This document shows, piece after piece, positions 8,971-16,519 of a stretch of 62,215 bases of DNA (the first letter of the stretch is position 1; every line of letters starts with the position of its first letter). Made by a program: the position numbers and the translations under genes. The stretch covers positions 1-62,215 of the forward strand of contig JADZEV010000003.1 in NCBI GenBank assembly GCA_020850295.1. The letters run 5' to 3'. This stretch comes from Candidatus Nomurabacteria bacterium (GTDB lineage: Bacteria; Patescibacteriota; Minisyncoccia; Phycocordibacterales; UBA9973). The notes under the pieces were generated by a model. That model saw nothing but the letters and a program-made list of their open reading frames with translations, did no database searches and was not told the DNA's origin.

Positions 8971-10035
8971 ATGAGTAAGGATTATTACAGCATTTTAGGT
9001 GTTTCAAAAGACGCCTCTAAAGATGAAATAAAAAAAGCCTTTCATAAAATGGCTCACAAGTACCACCCTGATAAATCAGGTGGAGATGAAGCTAAGTTCA
9101 AAGAAGTAAATGAAGCTTATCAAACTCTTTCTAATGACCAAAAAAGATCTAGTTATGACCAGTTCGGAAGTGATGGTCCACAAATGGGAGGTTTTGGAGG
9201 TGGAGCTGGATTTGATGGTTTTGATTTTTCAAACTTTGGTGGACAAGGTGGATTTGAATTTGATTTAGGAGATATGTTCGGTGGAATGTTTGGCGGTGGC
9301 AGAGCACGCAAACCTAGAGGAAATGATTTACAAACATCTCTAATATTAGACTTTAAAGATTCTATTTTTGGAATTGAAAAAGAAATAAAAGTAACCAAAC
9401 CTTCTACTTGCAACACTTGTAAAGGGGACGGTGCAACTCCTGGAACAAAACTAGAAACTTGTAGTGTATGTAATGGAAACGGAGTAGTACGAAATGTTCA
9501 AAGAACAATCCTCGGTTCTATTGCTACAAATCAAACATGTACTAAATGTCACGGTACAGGCAAGATTCCAAAAGATCCATGTAAAACTTGTCATGGAAGT
9601 GGGGTAGTCAAAGATACTCGCACTATCAAAATAGCTGTTCCAGCAGGTATTCAAAATGGCGAAACACTAAGACTCTCTGGTATGGGTGAAGCGGTCTCTG
9701 GTGGACCTTCTGGGGACTTATATGTACATATCTCTGTAACTCCACACAAAACTATTTTAAGAAAAGGTGCAGACCTTTATACAAACCTAGATATCAAGCT
9801 TACCGACGCATTACTCGGTGCTCAGTATGCAGTAGAGACACTAGATGGTTCAATGCCGATATCTATACCAGCTGGTACAAAAATAGGTAGTACTGTAACA
9901 ATCAAAGATAAAGGTGTTCCTGTGTCTAAATCTAAGAGAGGGAATTTTATAGTAAACCTAAATATCAAACTCCCAGAAAAACTTTCCAAAGAATCCAAAG
10001 ATCTGATAGAGGAACTCAAAAAGCAAGGGATTTAG
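8971..10035 (+). CDS. dnaJ: molecular chaperone DnaJ
   Basis: J domain (YYSILGV..HPD), G/F region and four CxxCxGxG repeats. The ATG at 8971 is preferred: TGgTAAAAT at 8955-8963 ends 7 nt upstream. The track start at 8962 remains possible. Confidence 0.95.
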   Translation: MSKDYYSILGVSKDASKDEIKKAFHKMAHKYHPDKSGGDEAKFKEVNEAYQTLSNDQKRSSYDQFGSDGPQMGGFGGGAGFDGFDFSNFGGQGGFEFDLGDMFGGMFGGGRARKPRGNDLQTSLILDFKDSIFGIEKEIKVTKPSTCNTCKGDGATPGTKLETCSVCNGNGVVRNVQRTILGSIATNQTCTKCHGTGKIPKDPCKTCHGSGVVKDTRTIKIAVPAGIQNGETLRLSGMGEAVSGGPSGDLYVHISVTPHKTILRKGADLYTNLDIKLTDALLGAQYAVETLDGSMPISIPAGTKIGSTVTIKDKGVPVSKSKRGNFIVNLNIKLPEKLSKESKDLIEELKKQGI

Positions 10036-10517
10036 TGTTCGTGTTTGTGAGGCAACAGGTGCGAAAGTACACAGCCCATAACACCTCCTAAAACTATAAA
10101 CTCAAGTATAGAAGAATGACTTGTTGATATTTCTCCTGCAACCTTTGGCACAAAAAAGTAAATACAGATAAGCCCTAGTGCGATGCTAGAGAATATTTTA
10201 TAGCGGACATTATAAAAATGTTTTTTGACCTCACCCCAAAGAAATACATAATCCATAGCGATATGGACCAAAACCCAGAACAAGAATGCTAGACCAAAAG
10301 AAAATCCTAAAGAAGAATACTCTATAGATTCGATAGTCATGTGAGCTACCAAGAAAAGCAAACTAATAACATGACTTGTCCGGTGGGAGATAATAGCTAC
10401 AACAAATCCTAGACCTAGAAAAAGTAAAGAAGTCCAAGATATGCCTATTTCAAAAACATGTACGAAAAGTACAGCCAGATATAAACCTAAGAACATTTTC
10501 CAGAGATATTTTTTCAT
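10032..10517 (-). CDS. polytopic membrane protein, His-rich, unknown function
   Basis: About 5 TM helices. The start is moved to MKKYLW (10517) to avoid overlapping the upstream GNAT gene. Confidence 0.55.
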   Translation of the reverse strand: MKKYLWKMFLGLYLAVLFVHVFEIGISWTSLLFLGLGFVVAIISHRTSHVISLLFLVAHMTIESIEYSSLGFSFGLAFLFWVLVHIAMDYVFLWGEVKKHFYNVRYKIFSSIALGLICIYFFVPKVAGEISTSHSSILEFIVLGGVMGCVLSHLLPHKHEH

Positions 10518-10552
10518 TAGATATAAAGAATACAAAAAAACTAGCATTTCTG

Positions 10553-11119
10553 CTAGTTTTGTTTTTTTAATCTTAACCAATCTCTTTTGAAAACTGAAAG
10601 TAATACCTGATCATGATATTTTCCATCGCGATAATAATGCCTTTTCAGAGTACCTTCAATTTTGTACCCACACTTGAGGTTGTGCTTTATACTACCTTTA
10701 TTTTCATAAAATGCGGCACTGCAAACCTTCCTTAAGTTAAGTGTTAGAAAAGCATATTCAAGGATAAGCATTTTCGCTTCTTGGGCATAGCCTTTATTCC
10801 ATTCTTCTTTGGCACCAAGCATGCTTCCAGTAGTAGCAAATCCATTTATATAATCAATATCACCTAAACTCATACAGCCAAGGAGTTTATTATCCTTTTT
10901 TAGAACAACAGCAAAAGTTACATCATTTGGATTTCTTTCCATTGTTTTTTTGATCCAATTTTCTTCATGCATTTTTGAAATAGGTAGTACATTCAAAAGG
11001 TATTGCCTGACATCTGGGTCATTTGCAAATCTTTGAAATTCTTCCAGATCAGAAAGATCAACTGGGCGTAAGTAAAGTCTTTTTCCTTCAAGAAAAATAA
11101 CTGTTTTTTCCTTTTTCAT
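10553..11119 (-). CDS. GNAT family N-acetyltransferase (RimJ/RimL-like)
   Basis: LYLRP..DLEEF..., a block equivalent to Q/RxxGxG/A (WNKGYAQEA) and C-terminal YRDGKYHD..LLS, all typical of the RimJ/L subgroup. Confidence 0.8.
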   Translation of the reverse strand: MKKEKTVIFLEGKRLYLRPVDLSDLEEFQRFANDPDVRQYLLNVLPISKMHEENWIKKTMERNPNDVTFAVVLKKDNKLLGCMSLGDIDYINGFATTGSMLGAKEEWNKGYAQEAKMLILEYAFLTLNLRKVCSAAFYENKGSIKHNLKCGYKIEGTLKRHYYRDGKYHDQVLLSVFKRDWLRLKKQN

Positions 11120-11140
11120 AATTTTTAAATTTAAAGATTA

Positions 11141-11180
11141 AATAATAAAAGAACAACCGACTCTTCATGAGCCGGTTGTT
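11141..11180 (-). terminator. intrinsic terminator 32 nt upstream of the GNAT start (attenuator candidate)
   Basis: Minus strand: AACAACCGgCTC / GAGtCGGTTGTT hairpin (8+3 bp) followed by CTTTTATTATTT. Confidence 0.6.
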
Positions 11181-11207
11181 ATATAAGACTTAGAATTAAT
11201 TACTTAT

Positions 11208-11300
11208 TTATACAAATACCGGACCACGAGAAAAAGTAGGGAACATAGTTGCTCCTGACCAAACTTGGTGCTTATTGATTTGTATACATAAATAATGCAT
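11208..11300 (-). CDS. candidate leader ORF (30 codons; internal AGGAG-led 12-codon version MFPTFSRGPVFV)
   Basis: MHYLCIQINKHQVWSGATMFPTFSRGPVFV. The first ATG lies 6 nt after a TGaTAATCT -10 element. The internal ATG is preceded by AGGAG at 5-nt spacing. Confidence 0.3.
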   Translation of the reverse strand: MHYLCIQINKHQVWSGATMFPTFSRGPVFV

Positions 11301-11306
11301 AGAGAA

Positions 11307-11335
11307 AGATTATCATAGATTCTTTATATTGACAA
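11307..11335 (-). promoter_or_regulatory. minus-strand promoter of the short leader transcript
   Basis: TTGTCA (11335-11330), 17-nt spacer including TG, TAATCT (11312-11307). Its -35 overlaps the plus-strand TTGACA. Confidence 0.4.
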
Positions 11336-11362
11336 TAGGTATAAAATATGCTATGATATAAT
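11329..11362 (+). promoter_or_regulatory. promoter of the 11372 gene
   Basis: TTGACA (11329-11334), 17-nt spacer, TATGAT (11352-11357), overlapping TATAAT (11357-11362). Confidence 0.55.
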
Positions 11363-11371
11363 CATAGTTCT

Positions 11372-11761
11372 TTGAATGTTTTAGTTGGTTTTCCAGAGTT
11401 TCTATCCGCCAACTGGCGGAAGATTCTGGTAAACCAATTAAAACAAATAGAAATGAAAGCAAACATAACCTCAGTATCGGTAGCCGGTGTTAATCACATA
11501 GTTGTTTCGGGTATAACCGTAGACTTTAAGAAAACAAGGGAAGAAATTATCTCACAGGCAAAAAAGGGTGACGGTAAAGAAAGAATTTTCGCCACCATTA
11601 CCTATACAAACGATGTTTTTAACAAAGATATGAAAGAAGAACATTACTTTGATATCACCACCGGTAGAGCCGGTACAGTGGTAGCACTAAGGATTTCGGA
11701 TGAAAGATCAGCTTTTAACCAAGGAGGGAAGTTGTTTACTGATATTCAAATAGATAAATAA
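11372..11761 (+). CDS. hypothetical protein
   Basis: 129-codon ORF with normal amino-acid composition. The start is uncertain: TTG at 11372 or ATG at 11453. No family recognised. Confidence 0.5.
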   Translation: MNVLVGFPEFLSANWRKILVNQLKQIEMKANITSVSVAGVNHIVVSGITVDFKKTREEIISQAKKGDGKERIFATITYTNDVFNKDMKEEHYFDITTGRAGTVVALRISDERSAFNQGGKLFTDIQIDK

Positions 11762-11776
11762 GTATTATTTCATACA

Positions 11777-11810
11777 AAGCGTGTTTAGAATTTTTGAACA
11801 TGCTTTTTTT
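11777..11810 (+). terminator. intrinsic terminator
   Basis: AAGCGTGTT / AACATGCTT stem (9 bp with one G-U pair) followed by T7. Confidence 0.6.
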
Positions 11811-11843
11811 ATTGTCTTTTTTAAGGTAAAATAGTCTTTATAT

Positions 11844-13304
11844 ATGGCTTCGCTGGAAGAGCTCAGAGACGAGCGGCTCAAAAAGAAACAAATTCTCGAG
11901 GAGAAAGGCTTTGATACATATCCAGCCAAAAGTGAGCGTACACACACTATTTTAGAATTTAAAACACACTTTGAGAGCTTGGCAGAATCTAAAGAACGAG
12001 TAACTATTGCAGGTCGCGTTATGAGCCAGCGCGGGCAAGGAGCACTGGCTTTCTCTGATATTTTTGATGGTACTTCTAAGACTCAGCTTTTCTTAAAGAG
12101 CGATGAGATGGATGGAGAAGTTTATAAACTTTGGGTAGATACTACAGATGTTGGTGACTTTGTTGAGGCCACAGGTATCGCTTATAAAACACAAAGAGGT
12201 GAACAAGCTTTATTTGTTTCAAATTGGAAAATGCTGACCAAGAGTTTGCTTCCGCTTCCAGAGAAATGGCATGGCATTACAGATGCGGATGAAAGATATC
12301 GTAAGCGATACCTAGATATACTTACAGACCTTGAGCTTCAAGATCTCTTTTATAAAAAAGCGCAGTTTTGGGAAGTAACTAGAAACTTCATGAAAGAGTC
12401 TGGTTTCTTGGAAGTAGAAACACCAACTATCGAAGTAACAACAGGCGGGGCTGAAGCAAATCCTTTTAAGACTCGTCACAATGACTTTGATATAGATGTC
12501 TTTATGCGTATCTCTGTAGGAGAACTCTGGCAAAAGCGTCTCATGGCGGCAGGCTTTGCCAAGACTTTTGAAATAGGTCGTGTCTATAGAAATGAAGGCT
12601 CTAGCCCTGATCACTTGCAAGAATTCACAAACATGGAATTTTACTGGGCATATGCTGATTATGAAATGGGTATGAATTTAGTAGAGAGACTTTATAAAAA
12701 GCTTGCGGTAGATGTGTTTGGAAAAACTGAGTTCACAACTCGTGGCCACACTTTTGATCTAAATGATACTTGGAAGCGTATAGATTATGTAGAAGAAGTA
12801 GAAAAACAAACTGGTATCAATGTTTTGGAAGCAACCGACGCTGACATGAAAGCTAAGCTTGATGAGCTTGGCGTTAAGTACACAGGAGAAAACAGAGAAA
12901 GATTAACAGATACTCTTTGGAAATATTGTCGCAAATCTATCTCGGGTCCAGCATTTTTGGTGCGCATTCCTAAACTTGTCTCACCGTTAGCTAAGTCTTG
13001 TGTTGATGACCCAAGAGTAACAGAACGCTTTCAAGTCATGCTAGCAGGAAGTGAAGTAGGAAACGGCTTTTCAGAACTTAATGATCCTATAGATCAAAGA
13101 GCTCGTTTTGAACTTCAACAAAAACTCATTGAAGAGGGTGATGAAGAAGCTATGATGCCAGAATGGGAATTCGTAGAGATGCTAGAGCACGGCATGCCAC
13201 CGACTTGTGGTTTTGGCTTTGGCGAGCGACTCTTTGCTTTCCTTGTCGACAAACCCCTCCGCGAAACTCAACTGTTCCCACTTTTAAAACCTAAAAATGA
13301 TTAG
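11844..13304 (+). CDS. lysS: lysine--tRNA ligase, class II
   Basis: OB anticodon-binding domain (GRVMSQRGQGALAFSDI) and class II motifs (FLEVETP, RVYRNEG, GFGFGERL). Confidence 0.95.
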   Translation: MASLEELRDERLKKKQILEEKGFDTYPAKSERTHTILEFKTHFESLAESKERVTIAGRVMSQRGQGALAFSDIFDGTSKTQLFLKSDEMDGEVYKLWVDTTDVGDFVEATGIAYKTQRGEQALFVSNWKMLTKSLLPLPEKWHGITDADERYRKRYLDILTDLELQDLFYKKAQFWEVTRNFMKESGFLEVETPTIEVTTGGAEANPFKTRHNDFDIDVFMRISVGELWQKRLMAAGFAKTFEIGRVYRNEGSSPDHLQEFTNMEFYWAYADYEMGMNLVERLYKKLAVDVFGKTEFTTRGHTFDLNDTWKRIDYVEEVEKQTGINVLEATDADMKAKLDELGVKYTGENRERLTDTLWKYCRKSISGPAFLVRIPKLVSPLAKSCVDDPRVTERFQVMLAGSEVGNGFSELNDPIDQRARFELQQKLIEEGDEEAMMPEWEFVEMLEHGMPPTCGFGFGERLFAFLVDKPLRETQLFPLLKPKND

Positions 13305-13306
13305 TT

Positions 13307-13735
13307 ATGAAAATCACAAAATTTGAACAGTCTGATTTTGATAAATTAGAAGTTTTTAAATCAAAAGCTTGGCCTTTGGCAGATAAAGAACACTATGGTG
13401 AAAATATGCCAAAGTTTTTTAATGACAAATTTACTTTAGTTACTGAAGAAGACGAAAAAATTATTGGATATATTACAGTGGTTTGTGATAGCGGGGTAGG
13501 GCAAATAGAACCCCTTATGGTTGACCCAGATAAAAAAGGACAAGGTATAGGATCACAACTTTTACAAGAAGCTGAAAATTTAGCGAAAGATAAAGGTATT
13601 CATAAGCTCTGGCTTGAGACAGGGAAAGATTGGAAAGCTAAAGATTTTTATTTAAAACATGGGTATGCTATTCGTACTGAACTTTCAAACCATATAGGTG
13701 GTCATACTTTTGTTTTAATGGACAAAATTATTTAA
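13307..13735 (+). CDS. GNAT family N-acetyltransferase
   Basis: VDPDKKGQGIGSQLLQEAE (acetyl-CoA binding motif A), 142 aa. Confidence 0.8.
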   Translation: MKITKFEQSDFDKLEVFKSKAWPLADKEHYGENMPKFFNDKFTLVTEEDEKIIGYITVVCDSGVGQIEPLMVDPDKKGQGIGSQLLQEAENLAKDKGIHKLWLETGKDWKAKDFYLKHGYAIRTELSNHIGGHTFVLMDKII

Positions 13736-13738
13736 ATT

Positions 13739-14308
13739 ATGAACCAAGTAATAATAATTCACGGAATGCCAGATAAAGAAGAATATTTTTCTGATGTGAA
13801 GCCTTCTTCTTCAAATAAACATTGGCTCCCTTGGATACAGAAAAAACTAGCAATAAAAGAAATTCTTTCTCAAGCCCTGGAAATGCCTCATCCTTATAAT
13901 CCTATATATAAAGATCACTGTGAAGTATTTGAGCAAATGAAGATCTCTAATGAGACTATTCTTGTAGGGCACTCTTGTGGAGGAGGATTTTTGGTCCGAT
14001 ATTTCTCTGAACATCCAGAACTTCACTCAAAGAAAATTATTCTCGTAGCTCCCTGGATAGACCCAGAACCACATGAACTCGATACAGGATTTTTTGATTT
14101 TGAAATAGATAAAAATCTAACTAATAGAACAGAACTAGTTGTATTTTACAGCACTGATGATGACGAAGTTTGTGTTAAATCAGCAGAGATAATAAAAGAG
14201 AATTTACCAAATGGTATTTACCATGAATTCTCAGACAAAGGTCACTTTACTGAAGGAGATTTAGGGACAAAAGAATTTCCAGAATTGTTAGAAGAAATAT
14301 TGAAATAA
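13739..14308 (+). CDS. alpha/beta serine hydrolase, YdeN/RBBP9-like
   Basis: IIIHG, the nucleophile elbow VGHSCGG, and STDDDEV...KGHF, giving a Ser-Asp-His layout like RBBP9/YdeN. Confidence 0.7.
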   Translation: MNQVIIIHGMPDKEEYFSDVKPSSSNKHWLPWIQKKLAIKEILSQALEMPHPYNPIYKDHCEVFEQMKISNETILVGHSCGGGFLVRYFSEHPELHSKKIILVAPWIDPEPHELDTGFFDFEIDKNLTNRTELVVFYSTDDDEVCVKSAEIIKENLPNGIYHEFSDKGHFTEGDLGTKEFPELLEEILK

Positions 14309-14375
14309 AATATTTGACAATATTTTTATAATATTGTAATATAATAAAAATTCTTAAACCTTTAAAATAAATATT

Positions 14376-14840
14376 ATGGGATTTACTACGGGGCTAGATC
14401 TAGCTACTCAAGAAACTCTGTTCCAAAAAATAATAAAAGACTTCCAGGAAAATTGGATGCCTCGAAAAGAAACATTGATTTGTTTAAGTTCAGAGGAGAT
14501 CATTTTGCTTTTTGAGGATGAAAGCAAAGATGTAGAAAGTAGCCTTCGATTGTCCTGGCACTTAAAGTTTTACCTCAAACAACTGCTTTTAGCTTCAGCA
14601 AAATTACTAACTGAGGCCTCGATAAAAAAAGCATTGGATAAGACTAAATTTTTAATTGATTTTCATTCAGAAAGACAAATAAGATCCTTATGGGCCACAT
14701 TATTAATTGAGTACTTCATGGATACAATAAGTGACTATGAGCTTTATGATCTGTTTAATGGTACAACATATTACGATGACCACATTGCTCAAAAAGCTTA
14801 TGAAGAGTATCTGAGAAGAAAAGATAATAAAAAAGACTAA
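14376..14840 (+). CDS. hypothetical protein
   Basis: 154-codon ORF with its own terminator. No family recognised. Confidence 0.6.
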   Translation: MGFTTGLDLATQETLFQKIIKDFQENWMPRKETLICLSSEEIILLFEDESKDVESSLRLSWHLKFYLKQLLLASAKLLTEASIKKALDKTKFLIDFHSERQIRSLWATLLIEYFMDTISDYELYDLFNGTTYYDDHIAQKAYEEYLRRKDNKKD

Positions 14841-14859
14841 CCCTTCCTGAAAACAACAC

Positions 14860-14889
14860 AAAAGACTGGAACTTCCAGTCTTTTTTTTA
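14860..14889 (+). terminator. intrinsic terminator
   Basis: AAGACTGGA / TCCAGTCTT stem followed by T8. Confidence 0.8.
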
Positions 14890-14893
14890 TTAC

Positions 14894-14918
14894 TGTCCGC
14901 AGGACTGTCCTGCGGACA
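14894..14918. repeat. GC-rich perfect palindrome (11 bp arms, 3-nt centre)
   Basis: TGTCCGCAGGA-ctg-TCCTGCGGACA. No T tail on either strand. Confidence 0.9.
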
Positions 14919-14929
14919 AATTGGCGACA

Positions 14930-14958
14930 TTGACATAGAAAGACTGAGAAAGTAGTAT
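14930..14958 (+). promoter_or_regulatory. promoter of the 14978 gene
   Basis: TTGACA (14930-14935), 17-nt spacer, TAGTAT (14953-14958). Confidence 0.5.
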
Positions 14959-14977
14959 CAAGAAAAATACCTTAATT

Positions 14978-15418
14978 ATGCCTGAAATACCTAAGACTTT
15001 AGAGTACTTTGGACGTTCATTTAAAATTGGTGATAGAGTCAAGTGTAATGTTTGGCCCAAAATTGACACACCTAGAAAATGGGTTGCTGGTGTTATTGTG
15101 AGTTTTCATCCAACTAGAACTAAATTCAAGGGTCCAACCAGAATTTTCTTTAAAGAAGGAGAAAAAAGATTACCTGATCCAACAAAAGTAATTATTTCTG
15201 ACACAGAAGAAGGGGAGGGTGTTATTGTTTTTGATTGTTATCGTAATATACGAATGACAATAAGAACTGATGAGAAAATAACAGATGAACCTAACAGCCT
15301 GCTTGATGGTTATGGATGGAATACATCTGGACAACATGTTATTTTTGAACACGAAAAAGAATACGATCCCTACCCAGATGTTGAACTAAATGAATTACCA
15401 AAAGATTTACCATTTTAA
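14978..15418 (+). CDS. hypothetical protein
   Basis: 146-codon ORF. The N-terminal IGDRVKCNVW..KWVAGVIVSF stretch looks like a small beta-barrel. No family recognised. Confidence 0.6.
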   Translation: MPEIPKTLEYFGRSFKIGDRVKCNVWPKIDTPRKWVAGVIVSFHPTRTKFKGPTRIFFKEGEKRLPDPTKVIISDTEEGEGVIVFDCYRNIRMTIRTDEKITDEPNSLLDGYGWNTSGQHVIFEHEKEYDPYPDVELNELPKDLPF

Positions 15419-15442
15419 GCCCTTTTAAATAAGGGCTTTTTT
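15417..15442 (+). terminator. intrinsic terminator
   Basis: AAGCCCTT / AAGGGCTT stem followed by T6. Confidence 0.8.
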
Positions 15443-15470
15443 ATTTTAAAAGTTATCCCCAGCTTTTTTC

Positions 15471-15499
15471 TTGCATGTGAACGATTGTTCACATATAAT
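15471..15499 (+). promoter_or_regulatory. promoter of the mini-ORF/lexA operon
   Basis: TTGCAT (15471-15476), 17-nt spacer, TATAAT (15494-15499). Confidence 0.7.
15476..15493. promoter_or_regulatory. LexA (SOS/Cheo-type) operator
   Basis: TGTGAAC-GATT-GTTCACA contains the GAAC-N4-GTTC core. It fills the promoter spacer upstream of lexA. Confidence 0.75.
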
Positions 15500-15535
15500 A
15501 AAAATATAAAAGATAGTTATATAAATGAGGGTAAT

Positions 15536-15724
15536 ATGACAACAACACAATATCAAAAAAGTTTACAAAGAGAGCTGGCACAACTAAATCGCAAAATAGA
15601 TATGATGATAGTAAAAGGTCAATCGTATGTGACAGAATCTAAAAAGCACAAAATGTTACTAAGACAATTAAGAGCGATGGAGGGTCGAGGTTTGTTTGGA
15701 AGATTAGCAAGTATGAGTTTTTAA
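15536..15724 (+). CDS. small basic protein, unknown (SOS-regulated candidate)
   Basis: 62 codons, with a GAGGG Shine-Dalgarno 4 nt before the ATG. The TTG at 15485 used in the track lies inside the operator and is rejected. Confidence 0.5.
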   Translation: MTTTQYQKSLQRELAQLNRKIDMMIVKGQSYVTESKKHKMLLRQLRAMEGRGLFGRLASMSF

Positions 15725-15725
15725 T

Positions 15726-15917
15726 ATGACAAAAAGCCCGCAATTTAAACAAGCTATTTTAAACAATCTAGAAAGACTTAATTCTATACAAGTACAAATA
15801 AATAGAAGTGTTACAATACATGATATAAGCCTTAAAGATTACTCAAAAAGAATTTTTTTGAAGAACCAAAGAACACCTAGTCTTTTCAGACATTTTTTTC
15901 TTCAAAAAGTCTTTTAA
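15726..15917 (+). CDS. small basic protein, unknown (SOS-regulated candidate)
   Basis: 63 codons. The ATG lies 1 nt after the preceding stop, and the ORF ends 6 nt before lexA. Confidence 0.5.
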   Translation: MTKSPQFKQAILNNLERLNSIQVQINRSVTIHDISLKDYSKRIFLKNQRTPSLFRHFFLQKVF

Positions 15918-15923
15918 TAAATC

Positions 15924-16493
15924 ATGTATTCAAACGAACCTACAGAACAATTAAAGACTTTTTATCGAGAAGAAAAGCGAATGCCAAGCTATAGCGAAAT
16001 GATGGAGATCTTTGGCTTCAAATCTAAAAATGCAGTTTATAGATTGGTTCAAAAAATGTTTGATGCTGGAATTGTAGACAAGGATCATTTAGGGAGACTT
16101 TTGCCTACTGCTTTATTTAATGACATACCAGTTGGTGGACTGGTAAAAGCAGGTCTACCTTCATCAGTAGATGCACAAAGTGAATCTATAAATCTAAATG
16201 ATTTATTGATAAGTAAAAAAAGAGAAACATACATCCTAGAAGTAGATGGTGAGTCAATGATAGAAGCGCATATAGAGCCAGGTGATATGGTTATAGTAGA
16301 AAAAACAAATACAGCCAGAGAAGGAGATATAGTCATAGCTATGGTGGATGGCGAACATACTATGAAGTATTTTAAGAAAGATAAATCAGGAAAGATTTAT
16401 TTGGAACCAGCAAATAAAAACTTCAAAAACATATACCCGGAAAATTCTCTAGAGATAACAGGAGTAGTGAAAGGTGTAGTAAGAAAATATTAA
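15924..16493 (+). CDS. lexA: LexA repressor (S24 peptidase)
   Basis: wHTH N-terminus, Ala-Gly cleavage site (VKAGLP), GESM serine, MKYFKK lysine. Confidence 0.9.
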   Translation: MYSNEPTEQLKTFYREEKRMPSYSEMMEIFGFKSKNAVYRLVQKMFDAGIVDKDHLGRLLPTALFNDIPVGGLVKAGLPSSVDAQSESINLNDLLISKKRETYILEVDGESMIEAHIEPGDMVIVEKTNTAREGDIVIAMVDGEHTMKYFKKDKSGKIYLEPANKNFKNIYPENSLEITGVVKGVVRKY

Positions 16494-16519
16494 AAGACCA
16501 TAGGTTATATGGTCTTTTT
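16492..16519. terminator. intrinsic terminator after lexA
   Basis: AAAGACCATA / TATGGTCTTT 10-bp stem followed by T5. Confidence 0.8.
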
